A stretch of 64,000 bases of DNA from Eledone cirrhosa (GCA_964016885.1 OZ024740.1:216132001-216196000), one strand, 5' to 3'. Positions 37,925 to 50,295 are shown, counted from the first letter of the stretch. Notes: generated from the letters alone by a model not told the origin. A program made the numbers and translations.

Positions 37925-39611
37925 AACAGCACAGTAGATAAGGCCATTAGAGACAAAAGACTAGCATGGAAGGCTTGGAAAAAGGGTGGGAGTAGCGAAG
38001 GATATACAGCCGCTAAGAGAGAAGCTAGACGTCAGGTGTACTTAGCACGCAGGGAGGCTGAGAGTAGGAGGTTTGCCAATGTTCTGCGAAGGGAAGATCA
38101 GAGGTGTGCAGGGTTCCGCATTTCAAGGCAGTGTGTCAATGCATATCAGGATGTTGTTGGAGATAAATGTGTCCGGAATGATGCTGGTGTACTTAGTGTC
38201 ACGAATGATCAGAAAAAGGAGGCCTGGAAATGTCATTATGAGAAATTGATGAATGTGGAGAACGAATGGGAGAAAGAGAAATTACCCTCAGTAGATCCGA
38301 CGAACAGATGCCCTCTTCTTGGTGAGACAATTGCAAGAGAGGTTCTTAGAGAAAAATAAGCCACTATATTTAGCCTTTGTTGACCTAGGGAAGGCCTTTG
38401 ATAGGGTACCCCAATCTGTCATCTGGTCCCTAAGGAAGCTAGGTGTTGAGGAATGGTTTGCAAACTTTGTACAGAGGTACTCTCAGTAAAGTCAAGGTAG
38501 GAATGGAATTTAGTGAGGAATTCCAGATACAAGTAGGAGTACATCAAGGTTCGGTCCTCAGCCTGCTCTTGTTCATTATAGTCCTCCAAGCCATAACAGA
38601 GGAGTTTAAGACTGGCTGTCCATGGGAACTTCTCTATGCTGACGATCTGGTTCTTATAGCAGAATCAGTAGAGGAGCTAGAGAATAAATTCTGGCTATGG
38701 AAACAGGAGTTGGAAGCAAGAGGACTGAGAGTGAACCTAGCTAAGACAAAAGTGTTGATGAGTAGATTCAATCAGGGAAATAGCCATGTTCGATATGCAG
38801 AAAAGGAACTGGCACAAATTCTATACAATGCAGATCCTGGGTACACAAGAGATGTAGTGGGATAGCAGGCAAACTAACAGGTAGGGAGAAATATGTATGC
38901 AGTAGATGTACAGGGAAATTAGACAGTAGAAGTCGCATTGATGGACACATTTTTCAAATGCAGGAGGGTGCTATAGAAGTGGTGGATAGCTTCCGATACC
39001 TAGAAGATCAGATTAGCATGGGAGGGGGGGGTGTTCCGAGGCCATAGTATCTAGAATAAGGACGGATTGGAAGAAGTTTAGGGAGCTGCTTCCTCTGCTG
39101 ACGAAAAAGGGTTTCTCCCTGCGTACGAAAGGCCGGTTATATGATGCCTGTGTGAGGAGCGCGATGCTGCATGGTAGTGAAACATGAGCAGCAACTGCAG
39201 AGGATATGCGACGGCTGGAGAGAAATGAGGCAAGCATGCTCCGTTGGATGTGCAGTGTAAATGTTGCATGAACGCCCCAGCATGAATGTGTTGAGAGAGA
39301 AACTGTGTCTGAGAGGGATAGAATGTAGTGTACGGGAGAGGAGACTGAGGTGGTATGGACATGTGATGCGCATGGAGGATGACCGATGGATGAAGAAGTA
39401 CCAGGAAATGCCAGTTGAAGGAAGACGTGGTAGAAGTAGACCATGAAAAACATGAGCGGAGGTGGTGAGAACAGACCTCAGATCATTGAAGCTCACGGTG
39501 GAGATGACGAAGGACCGTGACGAGTGGAGAGATGTTGTGCTGAATAAGACCCGTCCAACCCTTGCAAGCAGGGAAGAGCGGACGTAAAATGATGATGATG
39601 ATGATGATGAT
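37921..39611 (+). mobile_element. RTE-LINE subfamily A, truncated and internally deleted
   Basis: High similarity to 9690-11667; LLYADD; (GAT)n tail. Confidence 0.93.
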
Positions 39612-40032
39612 AAACTAGACCTGAAAAATGCGCAAGCTCAAAAGAGCCACAGAATCTTATAATAAACCTTCAAAAGGTAATCATTATCTATCGTACACTC
39701 TGTGGCATCCTTTTATAAAAAAAGAGACCCATAACGAACTCAAGACGACACGATAATTATTTAAGCTAATATTCAATATCTCATATTAGATGTTTAGTAA
39801 TGATAAATACGAAATGTACTTAAACCGAATTCTATATTATAAATTCACTTAAATAATTAACGTGTCGTCTTAAGTTCGTTATGAGTCTCTATTTTATAAA
39901 ATGATGCCACAGAGTGTATGATAGATAATGATTACAATATTTTTGAGCAACAACTCTAGTCCCTCACTTTTGAAGGTTTATTATAACATTCTGTGGTTCT
40001 TTTGAGCTTGTGCATTATTCAGGTCTAGTTTA
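39611..40032. repeat. Long imperfect palindrome (~150-180-bp arms)
   Basis: TAAACTAGACCTGAA..CACTCTGTGGCATC.. pairs with ..GATGCCACAGAGTG..TTCAGGTCTAGTTTA. Confidence 0.85.
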
Positions 40033-40353
40033 ACATTTTTTTAAGGCAACGCTTGTAATAACTCTAGTTAAACGTGATATATATTAATAATAAATTATCG
40101 TAATGTAATTAGATTATATAATTGTTATTTTATAAATGATCTTATAAATATTATTGTAAGATGTATAAAAATATTTTCAGACTTTTAATATAAACAACTA
40201 CAAAAAACCACTGGTAAATGAAATAATTATCTTATGTTGTTTATTACATAACTAATAAGCTCTGTGGCCTATATAGAGCACTCTTTTTTTCTGTACCTTT
40301 CCGATGGAAATACTTCATTTATATATTTATTTATATATATATATATATATACT

Positions 40354-40404
<51 letters not shown>

Positions 40405-40433
40405 TTATATATATATATATATATATATATACT

Positions 40434-40468
<35 letters not shown>

Positions 40469-40707
40469 ATACATTTATATATATATATATATTTATATAA
40501 ATATATATATATATATAATAATAATAATGATAATAATAAACAAAAGAGAGTTGCTTTAGTCCATCCCTATTTATTTTATTATACATATTATACTGCATAT
40601 ATATAATATGTAGATTCATGAGTTGTGTCGATAACCACAGATAACCACAGAAATTCCTGATGGTTTCATGCAAATTAAACACTTCCAGCCTTGTAGAAGT
40701 CATTTAT

Positions 40708-41075
40708 ATATCATCATCATCATCTTCGTTTAACGTCCATCTTCCACGCTAGCATGGGTTAGACGGGAGTTGTCCCACTTGAGGCAAGGTTGATCGGGTG
40801 ACCGTGTCTCGCTCATATAGGACTATCTGGCAGGTTTTCTATGGCTGGATGCCCTTCCTAATACCAACCACATTTACAGTGTGGAACTGGGAACTTTTTA
40901 CCATGTTACCTACACGACCACATTACAGCGTGGACTGTGTGTGTTTTTTGTCGTGACACCTACACGATCTCGATCTCATTATCTCATTATCTCATTTATT
41001 TGGACTGGATGTTGTGATACCAACTTTACAGAGAGTGGATGGTGTTAGTGGGAGGATAGGGTAGGGGTAGTGGTA
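40708..41075 (-). mobile_element. RTE subfamily B 3'UTR
   Basis: Reverse-complement match to 20190-20500. Confidence 0.88.
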
Positions 41076-41149
41076 TATATATATATATATTTTCCCTGTG
41101 TGGTCCCTATTTAGAATTTATATCCTAATGACTTAGTCATGCAGGTATT

Positions 41150-41505
41150 TTAGGAAACTATGTCTGAGATGGATAGAATGAAACTGTGTCTGAGAAGGAT
41201 AGAATGTAGTGTGCGAGAGAGGAGACTGAGGTGCTATGGACATGTGATGCGCATGGAGGATGACCGATGGGTGAAAAAGTGCCAGGAAATGCCAGTTGAA
41301 GGAAGACGTAGTAGAGGTAGACCACGAAAAACATGAGTGGAGGTGGTAAGAACAGACCTCAGATCGCTGAAGTTCACGGTGGAGATGACGAAGGACCGTG
41401 ACAAGTGGAGAGATGCTGTGCTGAATAAGATCCGTTCCACCCTTGCAAGCAGGGAAAAGCAGACGTAAAATGATGATGATGATGATGATGATGATAATGA
41501 TGATA
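41150..41505 (+). mobile_element. RTE subfamily A 3' end
   Basis: Matches 39300-39610; (GAT)n tail. Confidence 0.9.
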
Positions 41506-41824
41506 TCACATAATAGACATCACACCGCCCGGTCTGATTCCTTATTCTCCCTTCTTACCTTTTCTATGCCTTAGTATCCTTCTTTGCATATTGGACACCA
41601 GTCCTTTCTCTTCTGCTTTACTATTTCTCTCTTTTCTATATATCATTCTCCTTTCACACTCTATATTTGTGTGATTTGCCTAAAGCCATAACTTGTCTCT
41701 ACCTGTTTTGTTATGTCTCAATGTGCACTGGAATGAATTGTATCGACCTTAATGCACTGAAACCATAGTGATTTCCAGAGGTTGACTGTTTTTTCCATTG
41801 TCTTTGTCCTGTGCAGTCCCTATT

Positions 41825-41860
<36 letters not shown>

Positions 41861-41932
41861 GAAAATAAAATTAATGTAAGCAAAATGCCAACAATAATTC
41901 AGGTATATAAGTGACTATACCATCAAGACGAT

Positions 41933-41965
<33 letters not shown>

Positions 41966-42537
41966 TGTCTTACAGATATGAGACACCCTGATTACCCACT
42001 AGTAATTATTTGGAACACTGGAGTCTGTGATGATGTCTTCATTGAACCTGAAACTAGTTCACTTCTGCTCCTCATACAGAATGGATCAATGACATGTCTC
42101 ATAACTCCTTCATTCTCATCAATGTGACAGTTAATGATGGCTATATATATGGTGCATGTCTGTCCTCCTTCAATAGATTATTGCCACAGTGCAGCTGACA
42201 CACACTTATGTATACGCGCACACACCCAGATGTACACATGCACAGACACAAACACAAACGTAGACATGCACACAGACACAGATGCACACACACACACAGA
42301 CACAGATGTACACACTGACACAGACACACACCTACACACAGACAGAGACAGACTTACACGGATGCAGTTTCCATCTACCAACTCTCCCTCACAAGACATA
42401 GGTCAACCTAAGGCTACAACAGAATATACATGACCAATAGGCAGCTGGATTGAACCCAAAACTATGTGGTTGTGAAGTGGACATTTTAATGACAGATAAG
42501 CCCTTATAAGGAACATCCTCCTCCTCATCATCATCCT

Positions 42538-42765
42538 TTAACTCTTTAGCATATAAACCGGCCATATCCAGACAGAATTTTCTCCCCTTTTCTGTTTAAA
42601 ATAGTCATAATCGGCTGCTCATACTTATGTTAAGGTATTGTTCTCAAAATAAATAGTATCAAAATCTCATATTTTCAATATTATGTGAGATAACTATGTA
42701 AGGTAAAGCCTTTTCTGTGAAAATACAATAGTGAATATAGAGTAATGTGAATGCTAAAAGGTTAA
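42538..42765 (+). mobile_element. TTAA MITE copy inserted into an RTE/SINE tail
   Basis: Removing it restores CATCATCCTTTAACGTCCATTTTCC, so the TTAA is duplicated. Confidence 0.85.
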
Positions 42766-43604
42766 CGTCCATTTTCCGTGAGCAAGGGTTGGACATCATC
42801 ATCATCATCATCAACATCATTGTTTAACATTATTTTCTATGCTAGCATGGGTTATAGGGGTTGTCCTATCAGAGGCAAGTTGAGGTCAGATGACAGTGTC
42901 TTGCTCATAGAGAACCAATTTTGGCTTGGTTTCTACAGCTGGATGCTCTTCTTAACACCAACTAACAATAACAATAAATGTAGGTAGAACTGGTTCTGTT
43001 CTGAAATCAATGTTTACCGTAGAGCTTTGGGGATATCCACAAACTTGAACTGATCTAGCAGTGTTCTGCTAACAGATATTTCACCAGACAATTACAATGA
43101 TATCTGTAAACTGTGATTGAACTAATTCTTGCTCTGATGTTTGACAGTTCACCTCTGGGTTATGCTGACATCCTGTATGATGGATACTTCACCAGATAAT
43201 GACATGACTGATAGAAGAGATAGCAAAAGGACTTTTTTTGTATCTGTAAACAACTGTGTGCTTCGTTGACATGAATCAAATCAAAACATCTTGAGGAGAA
43301 CAGAGAACGGGAGATAGGAAGGACAGGTGTTGGTAGGATTGACAGCAGAATATACAGAAAACAGCTACAGTGGCCCACAGATGGTGTTCAATGCTGAAAA
43401 TATGGTCAACAAAATCTGATGCTAGTCAAAATAACCATACAAACTCTGGTGCACATTCTATACACATGCACACATTCATACATGTATATGTTATATACAT
43501 ACACACATGTATATACAGATGTGTACACACATACATATATATAATTAAATACACACTATATATATATAAACACACACACACTATATATGTGTGTGTGTGT
43601 GTTT

Positions 43605-43873
43605 GTATATAAAAACACACACTCTCTCTTTATATATGGAGTGTGTGTATAAAAACACACTCTCTCTTTATATATGGAGTGTGTGTATAAAAACACACTC
43701 TCTCTTTATATATGGAGTGTGTGTATAAAAACACACTCTCTCTTTATATATGGAGTGTGTGTATAAAAACACACACTCTCTCTTTATATATGGAGTGTGT
43801 GTATAAAAACACACTCTCTCTTTATATATGGAGTGTGTGTATAAAAACACACTCTCTCTCTTTATATATGGAG
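43605..43873. repeat. 38-40-bp minisatellite, ~7 copies, fused to a SINE 5' end
   Basis: TATAAAAACACACTCTCTCTTTATATATGGAGTGTGTG units. Confidence 0.9.
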
Positions 43874-44209
43874 GCACATGGCTTAGTGGTTAGAACATTG
43901 GCCTTGCAATCGAAAGGTTGTGAGTTCAATTCTCAGACCGGGTGATGTGTTGTTTCCTTGAGCAAGACACTTTATTTCACATTGCTCCAATTTACTCAGC
44001 TGTAGAAATGAGATGATAGGGACTGGGGTCCCTATCATTCCACTGCAAAGTGGTTGTGGAGGTGCCACGGCAAAAAAACACCCAGCACTCACTGTAAATG
44101 AGGTTGGTTTAAGGAAGGGCATCCAGCTGTAGAAATCAAGCCAGAATCAGTTCCCGTCCCATCCTTGCAAGCAGGGAAAATTGGACGTAAAATGAAATGA
44201 TGATCATGA

Positions 44210-44213
<4 letters not shown>
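43870..44213 (+). mobile_element. SINE family 1 copy
   Basis: Near-identical to 16500-16840. Confidence 0.92.
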
Positions 44214-44270
<57 letters not shown>

Positions 44271-44553
44271 AGGATTTGGCAGAGTTGTTAAGATGTCAAA
44301 TTAAATACCTTAATATTTTCCCACCGTGTGCTCTGAATTCAAATCTTGCCTCCTTGTTACAAGAGAAGAGATAAATCAAGTCAGGTGATCACATCTTGCT
44401 CATACGGAACTGTAATTTCGCTTCATTTCTATGGCTGGATTTCCTAACGTTACATTGTGAATTGTGAATTGGGTGCTTTTTTTTCATGGCACCAGCATTG
44501 TGGGAGATCTGGTGGGTAGTATGTACAGCTTTGAGAGAGAGAGAGAGGGAATC

Positions 44554-44589
<36 letters not shown>

Positions 44590-44638
44590 ATATTTATATA
44601 TATATTTATATATATTATATATATTTATATATATATAT

Positions 44639-44748
44639 ATTTATTAAAATAACAGATTAAAGTTTAAGCAAAGAATCGCTGCTTTCACCCATGACGGGAT
44701 GAAAGCAGCGATTCTTTGCTTAAACTTTAATCTATTATTTTAATAAAT
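44639..44748. repeat. Near-perfect hairpin (~50-bp arms)
   Basis: AGATTAAAGTTTAAGCAAAGAATCGCTGCTTTCA / TGAAAGCAGCGATTCTTTGCTTAAACTTTAATCT. Confidence 0.85.
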
Positions 44749-44874
44749 GTTTGCTCTAGGGTTCTTATATATTTGATATATATTTATCCTTATCGAGCCA
44801 TCTTTGGATTTTAATCTTCACATTTATTATTATTACTATATATCTCTTGGTTGTCCATCGTAAATGATGATAAC

Positions 44875-45473
44875 ATCTTCTTCATTGTTGTTCCCATCTG
44901 CCGTGGGCGCGAAGGTGGCTGTGGAGGCCGATCCTTGACTTGCAGGTCCATCTCCGCAGGGCTTTGGGAGTGCACGCTAAATAAGAAACCTGTGCGGGAA
45001 AGGTTTATAGTGGGAGGGCCAGTGCACAATGGCGGTCCCACTCACTCAGCCACAGAAGCCAGAATCCGGTGGTAAAGAGGACTGTCACGACCAGGGACTT
45101 CCTTGGCTGCAGTGGATGACCATGTCTGTAGTGCCTTGCCGTGCCCTAGCGCTTCATACCACTTGCTGTCGCCGCCTTTGTGACCGTTGGGATAATATTG
45201 TCCTCCTCCACTCACTCCGCAGGGTCCATTCTTCGCATGCAGGAGCAGGCATACCCTATCTAACTCACCAGGGGGTTTCAGACACGTCCGGCAACCTGGT
45301 TCGGCCTGCCAGCCAAGGCGGTTTACCGGGGTGTGGCCGCTGTCACATGCTACAGCTTCTTGGGGCCACAGGTGAGAGCTGAGTGTCAGGTGGGACCCAA
45401 TGCAGGACGAGCTGTCCTGAAAAGGGCATGGCTAGCCCATCCTACAGAGGTACATGCCCCTCCCTAACACCCC
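44875..45473 (-). mobile_element. GC-rich non-autonomous RTE-derived element (5'UTR-like body, short GAA tail)
   Basis: Sharp GC-rich island, no coherent ORF, minus strand ends ..GGGAACAACAATGAAGAAGA; HDV-like fold starts at its first nucleotide. Confidence 0.65.
45294..45473 (-). ncRNA. Candidate HDV-like self-cleaving ribozyme
   Basis: P1 GGGGUG/CACCCC, P2 ACCUG/CAGGU, P3 UGGC/GCCA, P1.1 CC/GG, P4 CCGCC/GGC-A-GG, J4/2 CCGAAC, in the correct nested order. Confidence 0.6.
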
Positions 45474-45617
45474 AGGTATATATACACGCATATACATACA
45501 CATACATATTTACACATTTTTGGATTGCCGTTGACTCTTATGAGTTCTTCCGCCCTTTGTCAGGTCTTGATTTTTGGGCTGCAGGGTGTCCAAAATCACC
45601 CTCCTCACCAAGTAAAC

Positions 45618-45663
<46 letters not shown>

Positions 45664-45666
<3 letters not shown>

Positions 45667-45850
45667 GTTTGAAACTGGTTAGACAATACTCAGCAAAGTA
45701 CTTGATACTTGGGATAGTAGAGTATGGATATATTATAAAGGATTGAGACCTGACAGCTGAGCTCTTGCCATTTCAATAGACAGCCAGTTCCAGACTGGAA
45801 GTAGATGTTGAAATGGCAAGAACTCAGCTGTCGGGTCCTAACTCTTTATA
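45664..45850 (+). mobile_element. Hairpin element related to 15900-16070
   Basis: AGTACTTGATACTTGGGATAGTAGAG then IR GACAGCTGAGCTCTTGCCATTTCAA / TTGAAATGGCAAGAACTCAGCTGTC. Confidence 0.6.
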
Positions 45851-45860
45851 TGTGTATATA

Positions 45861-46030
45861 TAATGGGATGCTGAAAAGTTCCTGGAAGAGCTGTTACCTT
45901 TACATGGGAGGTCAGACCACTGCAATAAGTGTGTGAATCTGAGAGGGGAATATGTTGAATAAAATCATAATTAACTGATCCTCCTGTATTTTCTTTTACG
46001 CAAAACCAGGAACTTTTCAACCCCTCAGTA
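45861..46030. mobile_element. Mariner-derived MITE (second family)
   Basis: TIR GCTGAAAAGTTCCTGG / CCAGGAACTTTTCAAC, TA flanks. Confidence 0.7.
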
Positions 46031-46036
46031 TATATA

Positions 46037-46230
46037 TAGGAAGATAGTCAGGACCCCAACGGCTGAGCTCCAGCCGTTTCGACAGCTATATCCGATCTAG
46101 CTGTCGAGATGGCCGGAGCTCAGCCATTGGGGTCCTGAATCTTTTTCTATTACCCATTCTACTACCCTAAGTATTGAGTACTCTGGTGCGTTATGGTCCA
46201 CCTGGTATCTTACCACACCCTCTTTGTTAT
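46037..46230 (-). mobile_element. Hairpin element (copy of 15900-16070)
   Basis: Reverse-complement homology including ACCAGGTGGACCATAACGCACCAGAGTACTC. Confidence 0.7.
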
Positions 46231-46654
46231 ATATATATATATATATATATAGAAAGAGAGAGAAAACTATATATATATATATGCATGTATACATGTATGT
46301 AGATGTAGGTATGTGTACATTTAAATCTACACCTGAAAATTTGTATAGTTTCTCATGAAATGAAGCATCTTTTCCCACAGAGTGCACTGAGAGGTGAGAG
46401 TAGAACTGCCTGCAAATAATTCCTCATTCTGCTCTCCAGTAATATGCTCTTTAACCAACCTTCATCATCCCACACCACCTCTATTTCTGTTTTCCTTCCA
46501 ACTCCTCCACCTACAACTCATCTCCTACCTCTCTTTTACTTCCTCCTCCCCCACACGCTCGTTCTCTCTCTTTCTTTCCTGTCCCAGTTGCTTTATTTGG
46601 GAAGTCAATGTTTGTAATAAGCAACATTCTACATCCCCCTCCCGTCCCAATATG

Positions 46655-46906
46655 CCAACAACAACAAAACCACCACCGCCGCCACTACTACCACCACCAA
46701 CAACAATACTTCCACCACCAACACCACCACCACCATTATTGTGGCTGCCATTACTACCACCACTACCAACACCACTCCAGCTACGATCACCACCACTACC
46801 ACGACTGCCAACACCCTCCACCATTGGCACCACCACCACCACCATTACCTCCACCACCACCACTACTGCCAACACCCTCCTCAATTACTACCACCACCAC
46901 CAACAC

Positions 46907-46994
<88 letters not shown>

Positions 46995-47135
46995 ACCACC
47001 ACCACCACCACCACCACCACCACCACCACCACCACCACCCAAACCCTCTACAATTACTACCACCACCACCGCCACCACTACTGCCAAAACCCTCTACAAT
47101 TACTACCACCACCACCACTGCAACCACCAGTACCA
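46655..47135. repeat. (ACC)n/(GCC)n compound trinucleotide repeat
   Basis: Directly visible; source of the poly-P/H/R/T/A ORFs. Confidence 0.9.
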
Positions 47136-47399
47136 AATAACACACAAAATCAAGCAGCAATGTCACAGCTATTGTTGTTGTTTTAATTGGTTTTATTTAT
47201 TAATCACCAGTCTGATATATGTAAGCACGCACACACACACACGCATACACACATAAACACATACCATACATATATACACACATATACATACACACAGTGC
47301 ACATTTTCCCATGCATTAACTCAACTACACACACAGATATAGAGTATGGTGCAAATAAATCCAGAATTTTTACGTGGCAACAGTGCCATGACGTCACAA

Positions 47400-47865
47400 T
47401 GTAGTGAGGCTTTGAGAGCGCCATTAGAAAGTACTACACCTCAGTAGCTCTCTGGCCATAGCTGCACAAGATGCTTAGTAAACGTCTTCAGAATATGATC
47501 GTCGAGTTGCTGCTGTGGGGAGCCTTCAGGCCGGCCACAAAGCCGAGGAAATCATTGAATGGTTTAAATACCTTAAAATCATGATATGGGGCCTCAGACA
47601 ACAAGGACAATTTCAGGCCAGAACCCAAACCTCACAAGAATGCTCTGGCACCACCAGGATGCCCAGTTCACCACTGACATTGCCGATGTTGTCAAGGAGG
47701 AGCGCAGCAAAAGCATGAGGAAAATCACCAAGGAAATGGGCACTAGCATGTGAACAATCAGGCGTATTGTCAAGGAGGACTAAAATTATAAATCTTGTGT
47801 GCTCAAGAGGCCCACAAATCAGGACCACCCAGGCCTAACTGTATTCCTCTCGACTATTTTGTGAA
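47400..47865 (+). pseudogene. Tc1/mariner (maT/rosa-like) transposase remnant
   Basis: SLQAGHKAEEIIEWFK HTH-like segment, KSMRKITKEMGTSM*TIRRIVKED*NYKS, and PNCIPLDYFV (cf. SPDLNPLDYF); stops and deletions. Confidence 0.6.
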
Positions 47866-48119
47866 ACAGAACCCAAGACCATGTGATTGTGAAGTGAACT
47901 TCTTAACCACACAGCTATGCCTATATATATAGTTGTTATATACTAAGGTTTATTATTGGTTGTGTCAGACATTTCAATAAATTTTTGTGAGCAATATTAA
48001 GTTCTCCACACTTTTGTATATCTCCAATTCCATTTATGGGAACAGCTAGATGATATATATATATATATATAAATAAATAATTAGAATTTACCTTTGACAT
48101 GGCTATATACAAATATGTA

Positions 48120-48416
48120 TGTGAATTTTGTATATCTAAAGATATACAGTATGTTCAATAAGCAAACATTTTAAAAGCCACAGCTATGAATAGAAGACTG
48201 GCGATCAGCACTGCTGAGCAGTGTCCAGCAGAAGCAACGGGAATAAAAGTCTATGTATTTCGAACTTAAATGGTTCTCATCAGGATAATGCATCCCTCTT
48301 CCTACAACTGGACTTTGAAACAGGCAAAAATATATTGTTTCTTCATCTATAGCTGTGGCTTTCAAAATGTTTATTTATTAAACATACCGTATATCTTTAG
48401 ATATACAAAATTCACA
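48120..48416. repeat. Inverted repeat (~75-bp arms) enclosing a hammerhead-like core
   Basis: TGTGAATTTTGTATATCTAAAGATATAC / GTATATCTTTAGATATACAAAATTCACA. Confidence 0.8.
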
Positions 48417-48825
48417 CACATATATATATATACACAAAATGTGCATAACAGGCCGATAAACAATAAATATTTTTCATATGTGAATGAAAGTTCCGCGATT
48501 TTTTCTATTACATACATTCTGCCTGTGCATAGAGTGCTTGATTTGGTACCTACACCACTATTTCACCGTACTACCCACACTATATAAATATATATATATA
48601 TATATATATACAAAAACAAGATGGCATAGGACAGAACAAAGGGGAGACACAAAATAAAAACCCAGTCACTGAGGAGGTCACAGAATGCGTGACGAAAGAG
48701 CTTTGACAATATATAAACAACCATCTGGTTGTTGAACCAACCAGCCAACCGGAAATTTATAATAAATTGAAGAGAAAACCAACAGGTGCATGTGTTTTAA
48801 TTGGCAGCATGACTCTCCCAAAGTA

Positions 48826-49823
48826 TAACAATATATATATATAGTGTTTCATTAAAAATATATATATATATAGTGTTTCATTATAACAATATATATATAT
48901 ATAGTGTTTCATTATAACAATATATATATATATATAGTGTTTCATTATAACAATATATATATATATAGTGTTTCATTATAACAATATATATATATATAGT
49001 GTTTCATTATAACAATATATATATATATAGTGTTTCATTATAACAATATATATATATATATAGTGTTTCATTATAACAATATATATATATATAGTGTTTC
49101 ATTATAACAATATATATATATATAGTGTTTCATTATAAAAATATATATATATATAGTGTTTCATTATAACAATATATATATATATAGTGTTTCATTATAA
49201 CAATATATATATATATAGTGTTTCATTATAACAATATATATATATATAGTGTTTCATTATAAAAATATATATATATATAGTGTTTCATTATAACAATATA
49301 TATATATATAGTGTTTCATTATAACAATATATATATATATAGTGTTTCATTATAACAATATATATATTTATAGTGTTTCATTATAACAATATATATATAT
49401 ATAGTGTTTCATTATAACAATATATATATATATAGTGTTTCATTATAACAATATATATATATATAGTGTTTCATTATAACAATATATATATATATAGTGT
49501 TTCATTATAAAAATATATATATATATAGTGTTTCATTATAACAATATATATATATATATAGTGTTTCATTATAACAATATATATATATATAGTGTTTCAT
49601 TATAACAATATATATATATATAGTGTTTCATTATAACAATATATATATTTATAGTGTTTCATTATAACAATATATATATATATAGTGTTTCATTATAACA
49701 ATATATATATATATAGTGTTTCATTATAACAATATATATATATATAGTGTTTCATTATAACAATATATATATATATAGTGTTTCATTATAACAATATATA
49801 TATTTATAGTGTTTCATTAAAAA
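48826..49823. repeat. ~31-bp minisatellite, ~32 copies (GTGTTTCATTATAACAA(TA)n)
   Basis: Directly visible; unit length varies with TA number. Confidence 0.95.
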
Positions 49824-50032
49824 TAAATCATCATGAAACAGTTTTAGTCCTACAGAAACCATTTCTATATTGAACATAATATATATATGTTATTATGTGA
49901 GTAACTTGTGGTTACTGGCGGTGACTCTGGTCAAAGCACTTAATGCTGTTATGGGGGCCGTCTCTTGTTGGGTTGTGCTCCAGGTTTAAGGTGGATGTAG
50001 TTTCCAGAGTGTATATATATATATATATATAG

Positions 50033-50295
50033 TGACAATAAGAAGTCAGATTTGCAGCTTGTTATGAAATTTTATTGCATATCACAACTGTTTCGGTATC
50101 GATCAGTTCGGGTTTCAGGCGATCGGATCCCGACTCTTTATCGATACTTCTTCAGATATGTGAGTTTATCTGAAGAAGTGTTGATTAAGAGTCTGGATCC
50201 GATCGTCTGATCAAACCCGAACTGATCGATACCAAAACAATTGTAATATGCAATAAAGTTTCATAAAAAGCTGCAAATCTGACTTCTTATTGTCA
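50033..50295. mobile_element. Penelope-like head-to-head palindrome with hammerhead motifs
   Basis: ~125-bp arms, each with CUGAAGA..(G/A)AAAC core followed by AATAAA. Confidence 0.7.

Noticed and set aside
44811-45682. GC-rich ORFs as a host exon
   Set aside because: Short, inconsistent frames with no motif; better explained as a structured non-coding retroelement.
46394-47256. Poly-Pro/His/Arg/Thr protein (extensin- or mucin-like)
   Set aside because: Open in nearly all frames because of ACC/GCC repeats; no domain or splice support.
48826-49823. CRISPR-like array
   Set aside because: The apparent spacers are only (TA)n; this is a minisatellite.
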